Assembly (NCBI GenBank): GCA_964255285.1
Contig: CAXUUL010000013.1
Location: forward strand, 1 to 64,000
Length of the DNA: 64,000 nt
Direction of reading: 5' to 3'
Origin: Ionaspis alba
Taxonomy: Eukaryota
Part shown: piece by piece, positions 40,537 to 52,352 of the stretch
Layout of the letters: the number at the start of each line of letters is the position of its first letter
How positions within the stretch are numbered: the stretch's first letter is position 1
Program-made: the position numbers and the translations under genes
The notes under the pieces: generated by a model
Told to the model about the DNA's origin: nothing
Seen by the model: the letters and a program-made list of their open reading frames with translations, nothing else
Database searches by the model: none

Positions 40537-40583
40537 TGACTCACTTCTTACTATGATAATTCGCAGGTATCAAATCTGACTCA
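40537..40583 (+). promoter_or_regulatory. Two Gcn4/CpcA response elements (TGACTCA at 40537 and 40577)
   Basis: Two exact TGACTCA within 115 bp upstream of the AsnRS ATG. Confidence 0.55.
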
Positions 40584-40651
40584 ACAATATTGCACTGCTC
40601 ATTCCCACCGACTGTTGATTGTGACCTCTATCTATACAGGAAGCGGCTATC

Positions 40652-42470
40652 ATGGCAGCAATTAGTAAGACCATCTATATCGATGAAGATGTGGGAGTAG
40701 ACTCCAGTACTGCAGCTGGAGATGAGCAATCACCCTTTAAAACACTCCTTCATGCCTTCATCCAGCATCCACCAGCAGAGGGTCAACAGTATCTGACTCG
40801 CAAATCAGAGACTGGCCCAGTCAGTCCCGATGGTGATCCAGCGGCTCGTCTCGAATGGAAACCGGCCACAAAATCAGCACTCAAGAAGGCCACAAACCTA
40901 TGGGAACAACATCAGAAGAAAATGGCGAAAGGTGACCAGCTTGCTGTGCGTGAAAAGGAAGAGGCAGCCAAGAGAACAGCTGTGCTTGATGAGGCGAAGA
41001 AAGTCAAGATCACCCAAGACTCATCTCTGCCTAAAGCAATGCACATACAGCTCGACGAAAAGGATCCGAAGGTGATCAAACTTCGCAGCGGAGACAGCAA
41101 GAAAGATGTGGATTACAGTGAAGGTAGGGGGACCCGGGTGCGTGTATGTGGCCGTATACACCGCCTCCGGTCACAGAAAGATGTCATGTTTGTTACCTTA
41201 CATGACGGATACGGCTTATTGCAATGCGTTTTGACTGGAAAGTTGGTTCAGACCTATGATGCCATGACTCTGACTCTTGAGACATCAATTGAGATCTACG
41301 GAGAAATGTGGGAAGTTCCTCCCAAGCAGCATGCGCCAGACGACCGAGAACTTCATGCAGACTATTTCGAGGTCATTGGAAAAGCTGCAGGAGATAAAGA
41401 AGCCATTACCACTCGAGTAGCCAAGGACTCCGACCCACAAACGCTCCTCGACAACCGGCACCTTGTCTTGCGGGGAGAGATATCCTCATCAATCATGAAA
41501 GTCCGAGCTGCAGTTTTACGAGCATTCCGTCAAACCTATGACGAGATAAAACCTCAATGTCTGGAGGTTACTCCACCTTGCATGGTACAAACCCAAGTTG
41601 AAGGCGGTGCCACTCTCTTTTCCTTTGATTACTATGGCCAGCAGGCCTACCTCACCCAATCCTCTCAACTCTATCTCGAGACGTGCCTACCCTCCTTGGG
41701 CAACGTTTTCTGCGTCGCGCCGTCCTTCCGAGCAGAAAAGTCTCTGACTCGACGTCATCTCTCCGAGTATACCCACATTGAAGCAGAGCTGGACTTCATT
41801 ACCTTTGACGATCTTCTAGACCATCTGGAGCTGGTGATGTGCCGCGTGATCGACATCACCCTGGCCAACCCCCAGATAGCAAAATTCGTCTACGAGCTCC
41901 ATAAAGACTTCAAAGTTCCGGAGCGCCCATTCAAGCGAATGAAGTACGCCGCTGCGATTGATTGGCTTGTGGAGCACGACATCAAGAACGAAGATGGCGT
42001 GCCCCACAAGTTCGGTGATGATATTGCGGAGGCGGCGGAAAGAAAGATGACCGATATCATCAACCGGCCCATCTTTCTGACACACTTCCCAGTCGAAATC
42101 AAAGCCTTTTATATGCAGAAAGACCCTTCGGATCGTAGAGTTACAGAAAGTGTCGATTGTCTCATGCCTGGAGTTGGAGAAATTGTCGGGGGCAGCATGC
42201 GTATGTATGATTATGATGAGCTTCTAGAAGCATACAAGCGAGAGGGGATCGATCCGGCACCGTATTACTGGTACACCGATCAGCGAAAGTAAGAGATCGA
42301 CTGCTCACAGGCACGCAAGATACAACGCTAATGCACCGCACAGGTATGGAACATCCCCTCACGGAGGCTATGGTCTTGGCCTCGAGCGTTTCCTTGCATG
42401 GATGTGCGGTCGATGGACGGTTAGGGAGTGCTGCCTCTACCCACGATTTGCGGGAAGGTGCACGCCATGA
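40652..42470 (+). CDS. DED81: Cytosolic asparaginyl-tRNA synthetase, 1 intron
   Basis: OB-fold anticodon domain; [22 protein letters not shown], motif 2 [22 protein letters not shown], motif 3 [12 protein letters not shown]. Confidence 0.97.
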
Positions 42471-42825
42471 GGTCTACTGTCCTCCGTGCAGATACATGAC
42501 TTCGAGACATCGATCCTGCAGACGTGTTGTGCGGCCGCACGGATATGCAGCCTATCTTACTTTGACTGCTGCTTTGGTAGCGTCGAGGCGTATTTCAATT
42601 CCTGGGATGATAGAGGTTTAGATGTGGGAATGTGTTTACGATTGATATGATACAATATGCGATAGACAGTTGCAATAGATTCTAGAAACTGAGTCCGACC
42701 TTTGTTCCTTCCAATATACCTCGTCGGATATGTACGTTGATTGTGCATGTCGTTGCAGCTTGAAGGTGGCAAGCCTGTCCTGGATTATCCCTTGATGCCT
42801 GAATCTCGAGTCACGTTACCACTAA

Positions 42826-42843
42826 ACGCGATGCGCGACGCGT
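42826..42843 (+). promoter_or_regulatory. MCB (MluI cell-cycle box) cluster upstream of DNA ligase I
   Basis: ACGCGA-TGCGCG-ACGCGT, including a perfect ACGCGT at 42838-42843; yeast CDC9 is an established MBF target. Confidence 0.6.
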
Positions 42844-43102
42844 GAAACCTACATCATCGATCAGCTTCTCGAACAGGCTGCCGGTGTCCCTCCATTCGCA
42901 ACCAATATAGCAGGCCGCCATTGTGGCTGTCCCACGCCCTCTGAACTGGTGTAAAGCTACCATTGACTCAGCTCTGTGCATTGCATCGTTTTCCGGTCTC
43001 TATTCCAGACGATCCAGTGTTTGTATACAATATCGTCTTCTAGCCTCGAATTCTCAACGCCTGCCGAAAGATCTCCATGATCTTGTACCATTAAATCCGG
43101 CC

Positions 43103-45878
43103 ATGCCGCCCAAGCAGGCAACTCTAGGGTATGTCAAGTCGTCTCAGCAAACTTTAGGGTGGGGTATTTCACACGCCGATGTCGATTGATTTGGCAAAAA
43201 CAACTTACATACTGACATTGGCGCCTGCACATCAGCAAATTCTTCGGTCGTCCGAATGGAATCGATGCGAAGAAACAGCAATCGACCCTGGCATTTAGCA
43301 GGTCTAGAACGAAGAAGTCAACAAAGGATGACCATGCACAGGACAAGGACGGAGCTGCTGAGCAGGATGACGTGCCTTCAAAGCCAACGGAAGAAGAGCT
43401 AGATGAGGATGTCGAGATGAAAGTAGAGCCGAGCTCTCAACAGATTCGGACGAACGGTGGAACCAAGGACGAAGAGCCTGTGACCAATGGTGAGNNNNNN
43501 NNNNNNNNNNNNNNNNNNNNNNNNNNNNNNNNNNNNNNNNNNNNNNNNNNNNNNNNNNNNNNNNNNNNNNNNNNNNNNNNNNNNNNNNNNNNNNATCACA
43601 GCCGGAGAAAGCAGTTCAGACACTGAACAACGATGCCGAGAGCGACGAGGATCAAGTTGAGGACGATAATGAGGATGAAGAGTCCGAGGAGGAAAAGCCT
43701 GAAGTAGCTGCGAAAGCCAGGGAGAAAGTACAGTCTACATTGAAAAGTCATGGCAAAGACCCATACCCTGATTGGAAAGCAGGTGAACCAGTGCCGTACG
43801 CTGCCCTATGCACCACATTTTCCTTGATCGAAATGACTACGAAGAGGCTTATCATATCCGCGCATTGCTCTCTTTTCCTACGACAGGTACTGCGCTTGAC
43901 GCCCGAAGATTTGCTACCTACAGTACAGCTCATGATCAACAAACTCGCTGCCGACTACGCGGGTATCGAGCTGGGTATAGGAGAGTCCTTGATCATGAAG
44001 GCTATTGGCGAGAGCACTGGCAGGAGCCTGGCGGTCATAAAAGCCGACCAGAACGAAATTGGAGATCTCGGTCTCGTAGCTGCCAAAAGTCGGTCAAATC
44101 AGCCAACGATGTTTAAGCCGAAAGCCCTGACTGTACGTGGTGTCCTTGATGGTTTGATGGCAATCGCCGTTGTGCAGGGTAGCGGATCTCAACAACGGAA
44201 AGTGGATGGCATCAAGAAGCTACTCTCTTCTGCCGATGCCGCACTTGCTGGCAAGGGAAGTAAAGGCATTGATATCACGAAGGACAAGGGTGGAGCCAGC
44301 GAGGCGAAGTATCTAATGCGATTCCTCGAGGGCAAGCTACGACTTGGTCTTGCGGAGAGGACCGTCTTAGTTAGTCTTGCTCATGCGATGGTCATTCATG
44401 AGACGGAGAAGAACGGAAGCAAGTACCCTAGTACCGAGCAGCTTGCTAAGGGCGAAGCCATTCTGAAGGCTGTCTATAGGTGATTGTCTCATGTTCTAAC
44501 TTCGCTAATCTCTGCTGATTTACTCCCAAGTGAGTTGCCCAACTACGAAGTCATCATTCCTGCAATGGTCGCGCACGGTATCTTCAATCTGCGTGAGAAT
44601 TGCAAGCTTCAACCGGGAGTGCCTCTCAAGCCGATGTTGGCAAAACCGACCAAGTCCATCACGGAGGTACTCGATCGGTTCGAGGGCAAGAACTTCACCT
44701 GCGAGTACAAGTACGATGGTGAGCGAGCACAGATACACTACGTCGCCGAGGACTCTCCACAGCAATATGCCAGTAGCATGCCAACAGCGCAGAAGAACGC
44801 CAAAGGCCTTTCAGCTATTTTCTCGCGAAACTCCGAAGACTTGTCCAAGAAGTACCCGGATATCTTGGCCAAACTCAGTACTTGGATCAAACCAGAAACG
44901 AAGAGTTTTGTACTAGATTGCGAGACCGTCGCCTGGGATATGGTTGAGAAGAAGGTTCTTCCATTTCAGCAATTGATGACTCGGAAGCGCAAGGATGTCA
45001 AGGTCGAAGATGTGAAGGTAAAAGTTTGTGTTTTCGCTTTCGACATGCTCTTCTACAACGATGAGGTTCGTGACTATCTCTGTGGACTTCTCTGTCATAT
45101 TGATTATCCCTAGGCAATTGTGCAAAAGTCGCTTCGAGAACGCCGAGGGCTCATGAAAGAAGCCTTCGAGGAGATCGAAGGCGAATTCCGCTTCGCCCAA
45201 TACGGTGACACATCCGATCTCGAGGAGATCCAAACTCTCCTCGATGAGAGTGTCAAAGCCTCCTGCGAAGGTTTGATGGTAAAGATGCTCGACACAGAGG
45301 AGAGCGGCTACGAGCCATCGAAGCGCTCCCGTAATTGGCTCAAAGTCAAGAAGGATTACCTTTCTGGTATCGGCGACTCTTTGGACCTCGTAGTCCTGGG
45401 TGCCTATTACGGCAAGGGTAAACGAACTAGCGTTTATGGTGCCTTCCTGCTCGGATGCTACAACACGACCAAAGAGACCTGTGAAACGGTCTGCAACATC
45501 GGGACAGGCTTCTCCGAAGCCATTCTCGAGGAATTCTACAACGAGCTCTCGGCGCACACCATCGACCGTCCGAAGCCATTCTACACGCACTCGTCGGTTA
45601 ATAAAGACCAGCCGGATGTTTGGTTCGAACCGAGGTTTGTGTGGGAGGTCAAAACGGCGGATTTGACGCTGTCCCCGAGATACAAAGCTGGTAGTGACGC
45701 GCTTGGGGATGCAAGTGGAAAGGGCATCAGTTTGAGGTTCCCCAGGTTCATCAAGCGGAGAGATGATAAGAAGGCCGACGAGGCGACGGGGAGCAGGATG
45801 GTGGTGGAGATGTACAGGAAACAGGAGAGTGTTACGAAGCAGAAGGGGCCTGCGGTAGACGATGATTTCGAGTATTGA
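43103..45878 (+). CDS. CDC9: DNA ligase I (spans an assembly gap; 3 introns)
   Basis: N-terminal PIP box QxTLGKFF; PLKPMLAKP, active site CEYKYDGERAQIH, EGLMVK, WLKVKKDY, SLRFPRFI; C-terminus DDDFEY. Confidence 0.97.
43495..43594. other. Assembly gap (100 N placeholder)
   Basis: Run of exactly 100 N inside the ligase N-terminal region. Confidence 0.99.
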
Positions 45879-46289
45879 GTTTCGGATGAACCATGGTGGT
45901 ATCACTAAAGTACTTGTTTGTTGCGGAGTTAGCTGGCAGATTTTGCTGATGATGGGGCTTATCCACTCTAGGATTGCTATGGTGAGCAGCTTCACGGACG
46001 TATCTTGACGCGACTTATAGCTGCAGCTTTTCACTAAGATCTTAGATACATAGCAATCTACGCATCACAACCTGGGCTTCATGCTGTTCATTTATCGGAC
46101 CCCCATGAATGTTATCTGCAACGCCGTCGCTAGATGCTTCTTCGTGCAATCATCATCCTCAGACAAACCCATCAAGGCATTCCAACAACTCGATCAAGTT
46201 TACAGGTTCGTTTTCACATGGTGTTTCTGGTGTTGCCAGAAGTTTACATCACCATGCTATAGCGAAAAATGAGCACGTTCTGCGCACCT

Positions 46290-47659
46290 CTAAAATTGTG
46301 ACCACAGCATTTCTCTTCCCATCTCCTCAAATACTTGTGAGTCCTCAAGTGCTCCACCCACCCCAAGCCCACTTCCACCGCCCGTCAACCCAAACGCACC
46401 CTTCTTGCTACTCTGCCTCCCATTCTCCACGACCCCAAATTTTATACCTAGCTCCCTCGCCTCCTTGATGCTCTTTCCCAAACTACCCAGCAGTGCCACG
46501 AGCGAGACATCGGATTTCTCGGCCAAGGATTCGCGTTCGAAGGCTTCCAGGTTGGGTGGGATGAGAAGGGGCAAGCGCGTCAGTAAGCTTTGGAGGGAGC
46601 GGAGGATGGGGTGTGAGATCGGGGCTGAAGAAGGTGAAGAAGCCGCTTGATTCTGTTGCGTCGGAGCGGCTGAATCGGACGTTGTGAGATAGGAAGGTGG
46701 GAGTTGTGCGAGGTAGGCTTTCAGGAGGATGATGCGGGAATGAAGCATTTTGATGGCGTTGGCGCGGCTGGTGAGAGATGCGATGACTGCAGTGAGCCTG
46801 TTAGTTGTTCACTTGATGCAACGGTTTAGGTGGTGGAGGAAGGGTACATACGCTCCTCGTCCTCGGCACTCAGCACGCTCGAGTCCTCGGCGACGGGACC
46901 TTCTTTCTTACTCTCCACCACGTTCGCCTTTCCCTTTCCTTTCCCTAACTCCTCTTTCTTCTTTTTCGCATCCACCTTTGCTGTCTTCGCACTCCCATCC
47001 ACAACCCCCGCATTCCCGCTCCCTCTCGCCACAAAATCTACGCTAATCATTTCCGCCTCGCCGGTCACAACTTCGTAGCCCAGCTCTCGGAATCTAAATT
47101 CTAAGTTACCCTCCTCTCCATCAATTTGCATCTCCGCCTTCGTCTCTGACTCCCCGCTCTTCCCGCTCTCATACACACTCTCGTAGATCGTGAGCGGCAA
47201 CTTCCCTCCCACCGTCTTCCCTTCTATTATCTTCGTCGGATGAAAGGCTAACAGGAGGGCCGATTCGTTGTACCCTCTCATGATCTCGCGGTGTACGCTC
47301 AACATCGGCGCCGTAGGCCCCGAGGTGGGACACGTCGTCCACCATCCGACGAGATCCAGTGCAGGCGCTTTGTGTACATCTTTGTATTGCTGTAAACGAT
47401 CTCCGAACCACTTCTCGTCTAGCTTCAGCTCTGATGTGTTTGGATCAGGCACGATCTTGACTTCATAGGCATGTTCGATGCTGACTTCGCGGCCGTTCTG
47501 TTGCCCAAGCAGTGCGCCGACTATGGGTTGTGTTTGCCGTCGCAGCGTGTGCCGTGTTATGTAGTCTGAGATTGTGAGGAGGACGAGAGGGTGCAAGAGG
47601 CCACGGAGACCGGTGTCAGAGGTCTTGGTTGTGGAGACGAGGGGGTTGATATCGGTCAT
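46290..47659 (-). CDS. CSN6: COP9 signalosome subunit 6 (MPN- domain), 1 intron
   Basis: LHPLVLLTISDYITRH, GALLGQQNGREVSIEHAYE, LDLVGWW, TGEAEMISVDFVA, NAIKMLHSRI, EKSDVSLVALLG. Confidence 0.93.
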
Positions 47660-48480
47660 GGTAGAGGACTAATCAGAATATGTAGATGATTTGGCCTAGT
47701 CGACGTAGGAGGTTGTACTCAAGGCTTATATGGCGTTGAGCTTCCACACAACTGGGACGGATATTGGATTTGCTTGGCCATGTGGGAAACGCGTAGTTTG
47801 ATAGGATTTGGGAAAGATGGAAGCTATAGCACGCAGGCACCTGTGAGATGATGTTTGGCAAGCTATAAATTCAGCCTTGTGGACCCTAAGTGTGCCCCAA
47901 GGCGGAGGTACTTCAATCGTTGCGAAGACATACCGACCACAATAGTTGGCATAACAGATGGCCCCGGGGGGGTGCTCGCTAATTTCACCTCCCTCAAAAC
48001 AGTAGCAGTAGCCGCCTGGAGCAGCTATTATTGTGGCAATTATGCTTCGGCAACCATTTAACTCCCCCGGCCTCACCCCTACATGTTTTCCGAGGTCCTC
48101 CTAATTGATCTTCGGCTAAACTCAACTACTGTTGCTATCTTGGGGTACAAGAAATAGCGGCACCTCAAGGTTGAAGCCCCTAAAAACAAGGTGGAGATCA
48201 GCGGGCTCAACGGGTCCCTTCGAGAACCCGCATGTTTGGCGATACCGAAATTCCCGTGCACCCATGACGCAAAAATGAGGAGCTACTTTACCATTGAAAG
48301 GGCATTACCAGTCGATTCCTGCCCGCGCCTCTAATGGCACTTCTGGGAGATGCAACAAGGCCTTGACTGGGAGGGGTAGAGCATATATCAAGCTATAGAT
48401 AACCGCCAATATAGATTCGGTACTCCAATTCCAAGTTGACTAAACCCAAAATCCTGCATCAATATCAGCGCAATCCGCAG

Positions 48481-49264
48481 TCAAAGCCCAGCCAAACGCC
48501 TAAAACCCCTATTGGTGATAGTCCTTCCCTCGCCCTCGATTCCCTCTCCTTTCAATGGACCCCCATCTCCAAGCGCCAAGTCTGTCAAAATCCTCCCCAA
48601 ATCTCTCGTCGGGCTGACACCGTTCTTCCAACCCCATCTCAAAGCCGGCGCCAACACCACTTCCACATTCTTCACCATACCCTTCTTTTGTGGTATGAAC
48701 GCATGTATCTCTGGGTGATCGATGTGATCTACCATCGCTGGCCGCAGCGAATAAGGACAGATGCGGGGATCGTCCTTGGAGAGCTTCAGCAGCGCGGCCT
48801 CGGCTTTGCCCTTTATTTTGCCAAAGTAGGGCGTCATCATACCCGGGGTGGTGTTTGCGCCTTCGCCGGAAACGTAGACGAATTTGAATGGGGAGGAGAG
48901 GGTGCTGAAGGCGCGGGCTGCGGCAAGGGGATAGTCGTGTGTGATCTTGACGTACTCCCTGCGATGTCCGTTAGGTGCTGGGACCTCTGATGGGTTATGG
49001 AGAGAATTACTCTTTGCTCACGTCGTTGACGCTGATTCCTTGTGCCCAAACACAGCCTTCAGCGCCCCGGAGTTGCTCCAGAACTTCCGGGCCGTAGTTC
49101 GTGTAATCGTGGTGGATGATGACTTGGACTTGAGAATGACCTTCTGCCATAGGTACCGGTCGCCTGCTGAGGATAGAGATCTTGGTGAGGGTTTGCAAAG
49201 TCAGCATATGCTGTAGCACGCCTGAGCCGACCAGACCGGTCGCTCCGGTTAGGATGAGATGCAT
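48481..49264 (-). CDS. Atypical SDR / NAD(P)-binding Rossmann protein (nucleoside-diphosphate-sugar epimerase-like), 1 intron
   Basis: MHLILTGATGLVGSGVL glycine motif; GCVWAQG, EYVKITHDYPLAAA, FVYVSGEGA, KGKAEAALL. Confidence 0.88.
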
Positions 49265-49810
49265 CTTAGGCCAGTGGATCTTGCTCTTATGCTTTCACGT
49301 GAGTATAGATATGTGCTATAGTAGGAGACAGGCTGACGAAGAGGTCATATATCCACAAATCGTCAATACATGTTGGTAAGATGTCACGGCACTTGCACGC
49401 ATAGGCAGATACGGAGGCGCAAGCTGACGGTCGGGGATTATGTCTTAAACCCGGCCGCTTTGAGCAAACCGTAGAACAGGAATTGTTGCCGCTGCATAAT
49501 CAGCATAATTCCTTAGCCAACCGGGGACTTTAGGGGCGCGACCCATGTTCTGGCCCCTACAATCTTTCGCACAGGGGTTTCCGGGGGATGTCGCTAAAGG
49601 GTTGTTCTAATTGTGCATCGGCAATGATTCTGTCCTCCATCCTCGACCACGCACAGATAGGCAGCTTCAGATCGAGGACCATTCAAGGATCACGCAGCCG
49701 CCCTTCGGGTCCAATCAAGAATGGTATCCAATTTCGCATTCGAAATCTCGGTTGGCGAAGGTACTATTCACCCGTATTGACAGTGTCGGACTAGTTTCAT
49801 ATCCAATCAA

Positions 49811-51991
49811 TCAACCAGTACACCTTTCCCATGGCTCCCTATACTCTAAACCCATCCCCTCGAACACCCTTCTCTCAGCCTCTTGCCATGTCTTCGCCCT
49901 TGTGTTCTCATCCGCCCATTTCTCGAGGTCGATCCACTTCCCAGTACCCCTTTCCCGGACCCCGCTACTGTCAAACTTCCAGCCCTTGACATGCTTGGCG
50001 TATCGTCTCAGATCACGCTGGAACGTCGTGCCAGACGTCCATCCAGAGACCGCGCATCCGACTGTCCGCCATGGTGAGATGATAATGTCAACCCTGCGGT
50101 GGACGTTGGGATTCTTTGCCTTTGGGTTTTCCGAAAGATCCTCCTCTCTAGTCGGCCAATGAGGGTCTTGCCACACGACGAGTGCTTTATCCAAGGTGTC
50201 GAAGCCGCTTCCACGAGTCCCGTCAAACCTCACTGGAAGAGGTTGCTGATCACGTTTCGAATTTGTCTCATTCAGCGCCAAACAATGCGTGATCCAGCCG
50301 AAACTCTCGAGAGCTTTGACGACCGGCCCGATCAGGAGGCGTGTAGCTCCCTCTTCACGGTGAGAGAGGATGATGTCGACATCTCCACTCTCGGCTTTGC
50401 CACGGCGGTAGCCACCAACGATAATGCATTCGATACCATCATCTATGATCTGTTTGGCATGATAGGTAACAACAGAAGCGATAAATTCCACTTCCGAGCG
50501 TGGAATCTTGAGCTTGAATTCGTCGTAGTACTTGACTCCGATTTGCTGAACCCGACTCAAAGTATCCCATCCATACTCAATAACGTCATCCAAATCTCTC
50601 CACTTCCTGTCATAGTAGAATTCTCTAGCTGTTTTGGCCCCAACGCCCCAAATATCGTAGAAGGTTCGCATCACAGTAAGGGCAGGGTCGGCTTCGATGT
50701 CTGCGACTGCTTCCAGATGTCCTGATTCTTGCCATTCGTGGAAGAGATGTGCTAATTTTTGATCACAACCTGGTAGTGCGACGATTTCTTTGGTACTGGA
50801 GAGCTTGAACGGATAAGCAGCCAGGCTGGCAATGCTTGTGCTGTAAGCTCTTACGCCGATCTCGTCTCCGGTAAGCTCGCGTGCCAGCTTGATCTTCTTC
50901 AGTAGGTCGATGAATTCGTCATTGGGCGAATGCTCTGGGGTCGATCTTTCACATGCATAGATTTTGTTTTCTCTGACCCATTGTGGCATTTCTGGTGAAG
51001 CATGACTGACACCTTCATCATGCTCAGATGTGCTCTCACGCAGTAGATGAGTAGGACGATGACCAGGTTCGGAATGCCTCGCATGCTTTTGCTGAGTAGA
51101 TGATACGAATGCGCGGCCACGAAACTCTCGTTGCATCTCATCATTGATCTTGTCTTTGTAACCAGGTCGTCTACTCCGTGCCGTTGTTCCGGCGAGGGCT
51201 CTCTCGATCGCATCATGGAAGACACCTTCCTTCAAATACGGGCTCTTCCCAGTTGTGGCAGCTGGCACGGATGTCATGTGAATTTGTGCAGTCTCCAAAG
51301 GTCGCACAGGATGGACCACTGGCGGGGGGGGAGATCTCCCTTCGTAGATTAGATACTTCTCAAACTTTTCTCTCTTCCCACTCTTTACAGAATCTTTTAG
51401 CCAGTCCAGCTTAACCACCTTCACGATACCATCGAAAAGCTCAGGAGGGTCGTACGCTTCTTCGGCTTTGGATGGGTCGGAAGACAATAGTGGAGCAGCT
51501 GTGAAATTTCGAGAAAAGGATAGTTGTGACATTGGTTTTGCTGGGGCATCATTGTCGTCTTCCGCACTAGAGTCTATTTCCACCACCGTCATCGGGCTAG
51601 AGCTCCTATCATGTAGATCTTCAGAAGTCCTTCTTCTCTTTCTCGCAGGACTTCGAGCACCGCTGCCCAATCCATCCGCCTCTGTTTGCACAGTTTTCGC
51701 CGGTTTAGGGCTTATCTGCTCGGTATTGAGCTTCCTACACTGCAGTTCAAATCTGGCACGTCGAGGTGTACTGATTGCTCCAATGATGAGGCTTGCTTCC
51801 AAGATGTCCCTAGTCAACTTTGCGCCAGCATCAAGGAGTTTCTCCTCGAAAGTATGAGTTTCGCTCGCAGAAAGATGTACTGGTAAGATGTAGACAGGCG
51901 GGAAACCGCTGAGGTCCAAGGACGATGGCGCGACTGGTTGCTCCAGTAGTTCTCCCTTTGCCGACGCGGTTTCAGTCTGACTATCCATCAT
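49811..51991 (-). CDS. X-family DNA polymerase (Pol mu/TdT-like) with N-terminal BRCT, intronless
   Basis: BRCT end VVKLDWLKDS; YACER; IWGVGAKTA; GGYRRGK..GDVDII; RRVDII; GWTSG; LEYREPWERCTG. Confidence 0.92.
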   Translation of the reverse strand: MMDSQTETASAKGELLEQPVAPSSLDLSGFPPVYILPVHLSASETHTFEEKLLDAGAKLTRDILEASLIIGAISTPRRARFELQCRKLNTEQISPKPAKTVQTEADGLGSGARSPARKRRRTSEDLHDRSSSPMTVVEIDSSAEDDNDAPAKPMSQLSFSRNFTAAPLLSSDPSKAEEAYDPPELFDGIVKVVKLDWLKDSVKSGKREKFEKYLIYEGRSPPPPVVHPVRPLETAQIHMTSVPAATTGKSPYLKEGVFHDAIERALAGTTARSRRPGYKDKINDEMQREFRGRAFVSSTQQKHARHSEPGHRPTHLLRESTSEHDEGVSHASPEMPQWVRENKIYACERSTPEHSPNDEFIDLLKKIKLARELTGDEIGVRAYSTSIASLAAYPFKLSSTKEIVALPGCDQKLAHLFHEWQESGHLEAVADIEADPALTVMRTFYDIWGVGAKTAREFYYDRKWRDLDDVIEYGWDTLSRVQQIGVKYYDEFKLKIPRSEVEFIASVVTYHAKQIIDDGIECIIVGGYRRGKAESGDVDIILSHREEGATRLLIGPVVKALESFGWITHCLALNETNSKRDQQPLPVRFDGTRGSGFDTLDKALVVWQDPHWPTREEDLSENPKAKNPNVHRRVDIIISPWRTVGCAVSGWTSGTTFQRDLRRYAKHVKGWKFDSSGVRERGTGKWIDLEKWADENTRAKTWQEAERRVFEGMGLEYREPWERCTG

Positions 51992-52288
51992 CGCTACAGA
52001 GTGTTGACAAAGCCATAGGCGAAGGTTTGGGTATACGAATATCCCTAGGATAGAGGATTATCGAGACGATTGGCATTCTTGGAAAATAGAAGCTTCCTAA
52101 CAATCTGAAAGCGAAAGACGAGGGCTAAGAAGTTTGCTGCAGAGAATACTATAACTATGAATGTGATGATAAATTCAAGGTAGACACTATGGTTCAGTCA
52201 ACGAGCAAAGTACAACTGTCAATGGACTGCGTGATGAAGCTGAAGACTAAACCCGATGAGGAAGGATCCAATGACGCACTTATATGAA

Positions 52289-52310
52289 GATTAGATTAGA
52301 TTAGATTAGA
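52289..52310 (+). repeat. (GATTA)4 microsatellite in the NiCoT proximal promoter
   Basis: gattagattagattagattaga. Confidence 0.9.
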
Positions 52311-52352
52311 GCTTAAAGCACTATCAACTCCTCGCAATCAAGGGCGGGGTGC

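Noticed and set aside
44913..46034. 373-aa antisense ORF (and similar ones at 10021-10695, 50099-50725, 59443-59871, 62347-62841)
   Set aside because: Shadow ORFs opposite conserved genes, with no recognisable motifs
42800..52000. DNA-repair cluster (ligase I, CSN6, Pol X)
   Set aside because: Interspersed with unrelated genes in mixed orientation; proximity is plausibly chance without synteny evidence
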